Assembly (NCBI RefSeq): GCF_963921235.1
Contig: NC_086101.1
Span: forward strand, 5,768,001 to 5,832,000
Direction of reading: 5' to 3'
Source of the DNA: Mobula hypostoma
Lineage: Eukaryota
Length of the DNA: 64,000 nt
This document shows, one piece after another, positions 62,401 to 64,000 of the stretch; position 1 is the stretch's first letter; every line of letters starts with the position of its first letter. The position numbers and the translations under genes are program-made. Below the pieces are notes generated by a model that was not told where the DNA came from, searched no databases, and worked only from the letters and a program-made list of their open reading frames with translations.

Positions 62401-62634
62401 GAACAGTCACACAACGTTCAGTCCCACATCACATCCCAGTTTGATGAACTGCGCCGGATTATCACCGAGAAAGAGCAGCGCGCACTCCGAGATCTCAGGG
62501 AAGAAGAGGAGAGGATTCTAAATCCAATGGAGAAAAATCTTTGAGACATTCAAGAGAATTTAAATTCTATTCAGGAGGAAATCTCTAAGTTCCAGACACG
62601 GATGGATCAGAAGGACAATGTGATATTCCTCATG
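62401..62634 (+). pseudogene. TRIM paralog B exon 3 with premature TGA (62,542-62,544)
   Basis: tttgacag|GAA ... ATG|gtgaga. CGA in paralog A is TGA here, a CpG transition. Confidence 0.9.
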
Positions 62635-64000
62635 GTGAGAGATTTCAGTTTGTTTCTGTTAAAGTGCACAGTAACAAAATAATGTATGTTAAATCAGTGT
62701 GGTATTTACATATACTGTCATTGTAAACTGATTTAAACTGGACAGATGTTTTCACTGTTCCGGACTGTTGTCGTTCCCCAAACCAGTCTCTCACAACAGC
62801 TGTACATCACAGGACAATCTGCAACCTTCTCGGGAATGAGTTACTCTGATCAGAGCACTGAGCTGGTGATTGTTTCTGTGATTCCCACGTATAATATCCC
62901 TGATACTCAGAGTAACAACCAGTTACAGTCACAGGCTGTGATTGTGTCTGGTGTGGTGGGTGTGAGGGTCTCTCTGTCGATCGGTGTGAACTGAGGTTGA
63001 ATTGCAGAATGTGACCCACACATCAGATTTACCATCTTTCTCTGTTTTGTATCAGGTTCATTGTTTTAGAGAATTTTGTACCATCTGGTTTGTTTTTCAG
63101 ATATATTCTTTTTCGGATTATATCCCATTTTCCATCATAGACAGGTCTTTCAGCCCTTCTTCTCCTGTCAATTTCCCTGCTTCACAAGCCTCCTCCCACA
63201 CCTTCACCACACAGAGCAACAGTGACCCCAACTCCATGGTCCCCCATGTGTTTATGCAGCTTCCCCATTACATTCAATCTCTGCTGTTCCACTTCAACCT
63301 CTCCTGTGGCAGTGAGTCCACGTTCTCTTCACCACATTTCTTGTGGCATTTATTAATGACCAACTGATGTTTTATCTTTGACTTTTGGTCTCTGCCCAAG
63401 CAGAAATATTTTCTCCACTGCCATCCCATCAAATCCATTCGGAATCTTAAACTCCTCCATCTGATCCTCCCTGACATCATATCCAGATGAAACTACACAA
63501 CCTGTCCAGTCTCTCCTGTAAGTTCCATCCTCTCAGTTATGGTATAATTTTCATAAACATTCCTTGTACTTTCTCCCATGGTTCTCTGTCCCTCTTTCAT
63601 GCCTTATGAAAACAGGTTGAGTGAACTGGCCTTTTCTCCTCGGAGTAACGGAGAATGAGAGGTGATCTGATAGAGGTGTATAAGATGATGAGAGGCATTG
63701 ATTGTGTGGATAGTCAGAGGCTTTTTCCCAGGGCTGAAATGGCTGCCACAAGAGGGCACAGGTCTTGGGAGTAGGTACAGAGGAGATGTCAGGGGTAGGT
63801 TTTTTTTTTACACAGAGGGTGGTGAGTGCTTTGAATGGGCTGCCGGCAATGCTGGTGGAGGCGGATACGATAGGGTCTTTTAAGAGACTTTTGGATAGGT
63901 ACACGGAGCTTAGAAAAATAGAGGGCAATGGGTAACCCTAGTAATTTCTAAAGTAGGGACAATTTCGGCACAACATTGTGGGCCGAAGGGCCTGTATTGT

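Larger units (their letters stand above)
43439..64000. repeat. Right arm of the inverted segmental duplication (continues past the window end)
   Basis: Reverse-complement collinearity with 1,590-23,313, apart from arm-specific indels. Confidence 0.97.

Noticed and set aside
43439..64000. Assembly fold-back (chimeric palindrome) artefact
   Set aside because: The arms differ by many substitutions and private TE insertions, and are separated by a ~20 kb spacer.

Overview
This is vertebrate genomic DNA, most likely from a cartilaginous fish such as a ray or skate (inferred from the CR1/Penelope/Rex1/SINE repertoire), and it is dominated by transposable elements. Its main structure is a large inverted segmental duplication: left arm ~1,590-23,313, right arm ~43,439-64,000 (running off the window), with a ~20 kb spacer. 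Each arm carries the first three coding exons of a TRIM gene (RING, B-box, coiled coil), so the two paralogs are head-to-head. The left copy (- strand) is open across all visible exons and has an IRF/ISRE-like plus ETS motif just upstream of its ATG. The right copy (+ strand) has two nonsense codons and a degraded ISRE. Comparing the arms gives empty and filled sites for several post-duplication insertions (CR1, Rex1/Babar, Penelope). The spacer holds nested DNA transposons, a stack of nested LINEs and a TE-free regulatory motif cluster with a splice donor. It also holds a 76-bp-stem palindromic Penelope-end mini-element and a 115-copy 48-bp G-quadruplex-motif minisatellite expanded inside a CR1 3'UTR. 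The Penelope ends carry minimal hammerhead-ribozyme motifs. Coordinates of old TE fragments are approximate, and family names come from motif recognition, not database searches.
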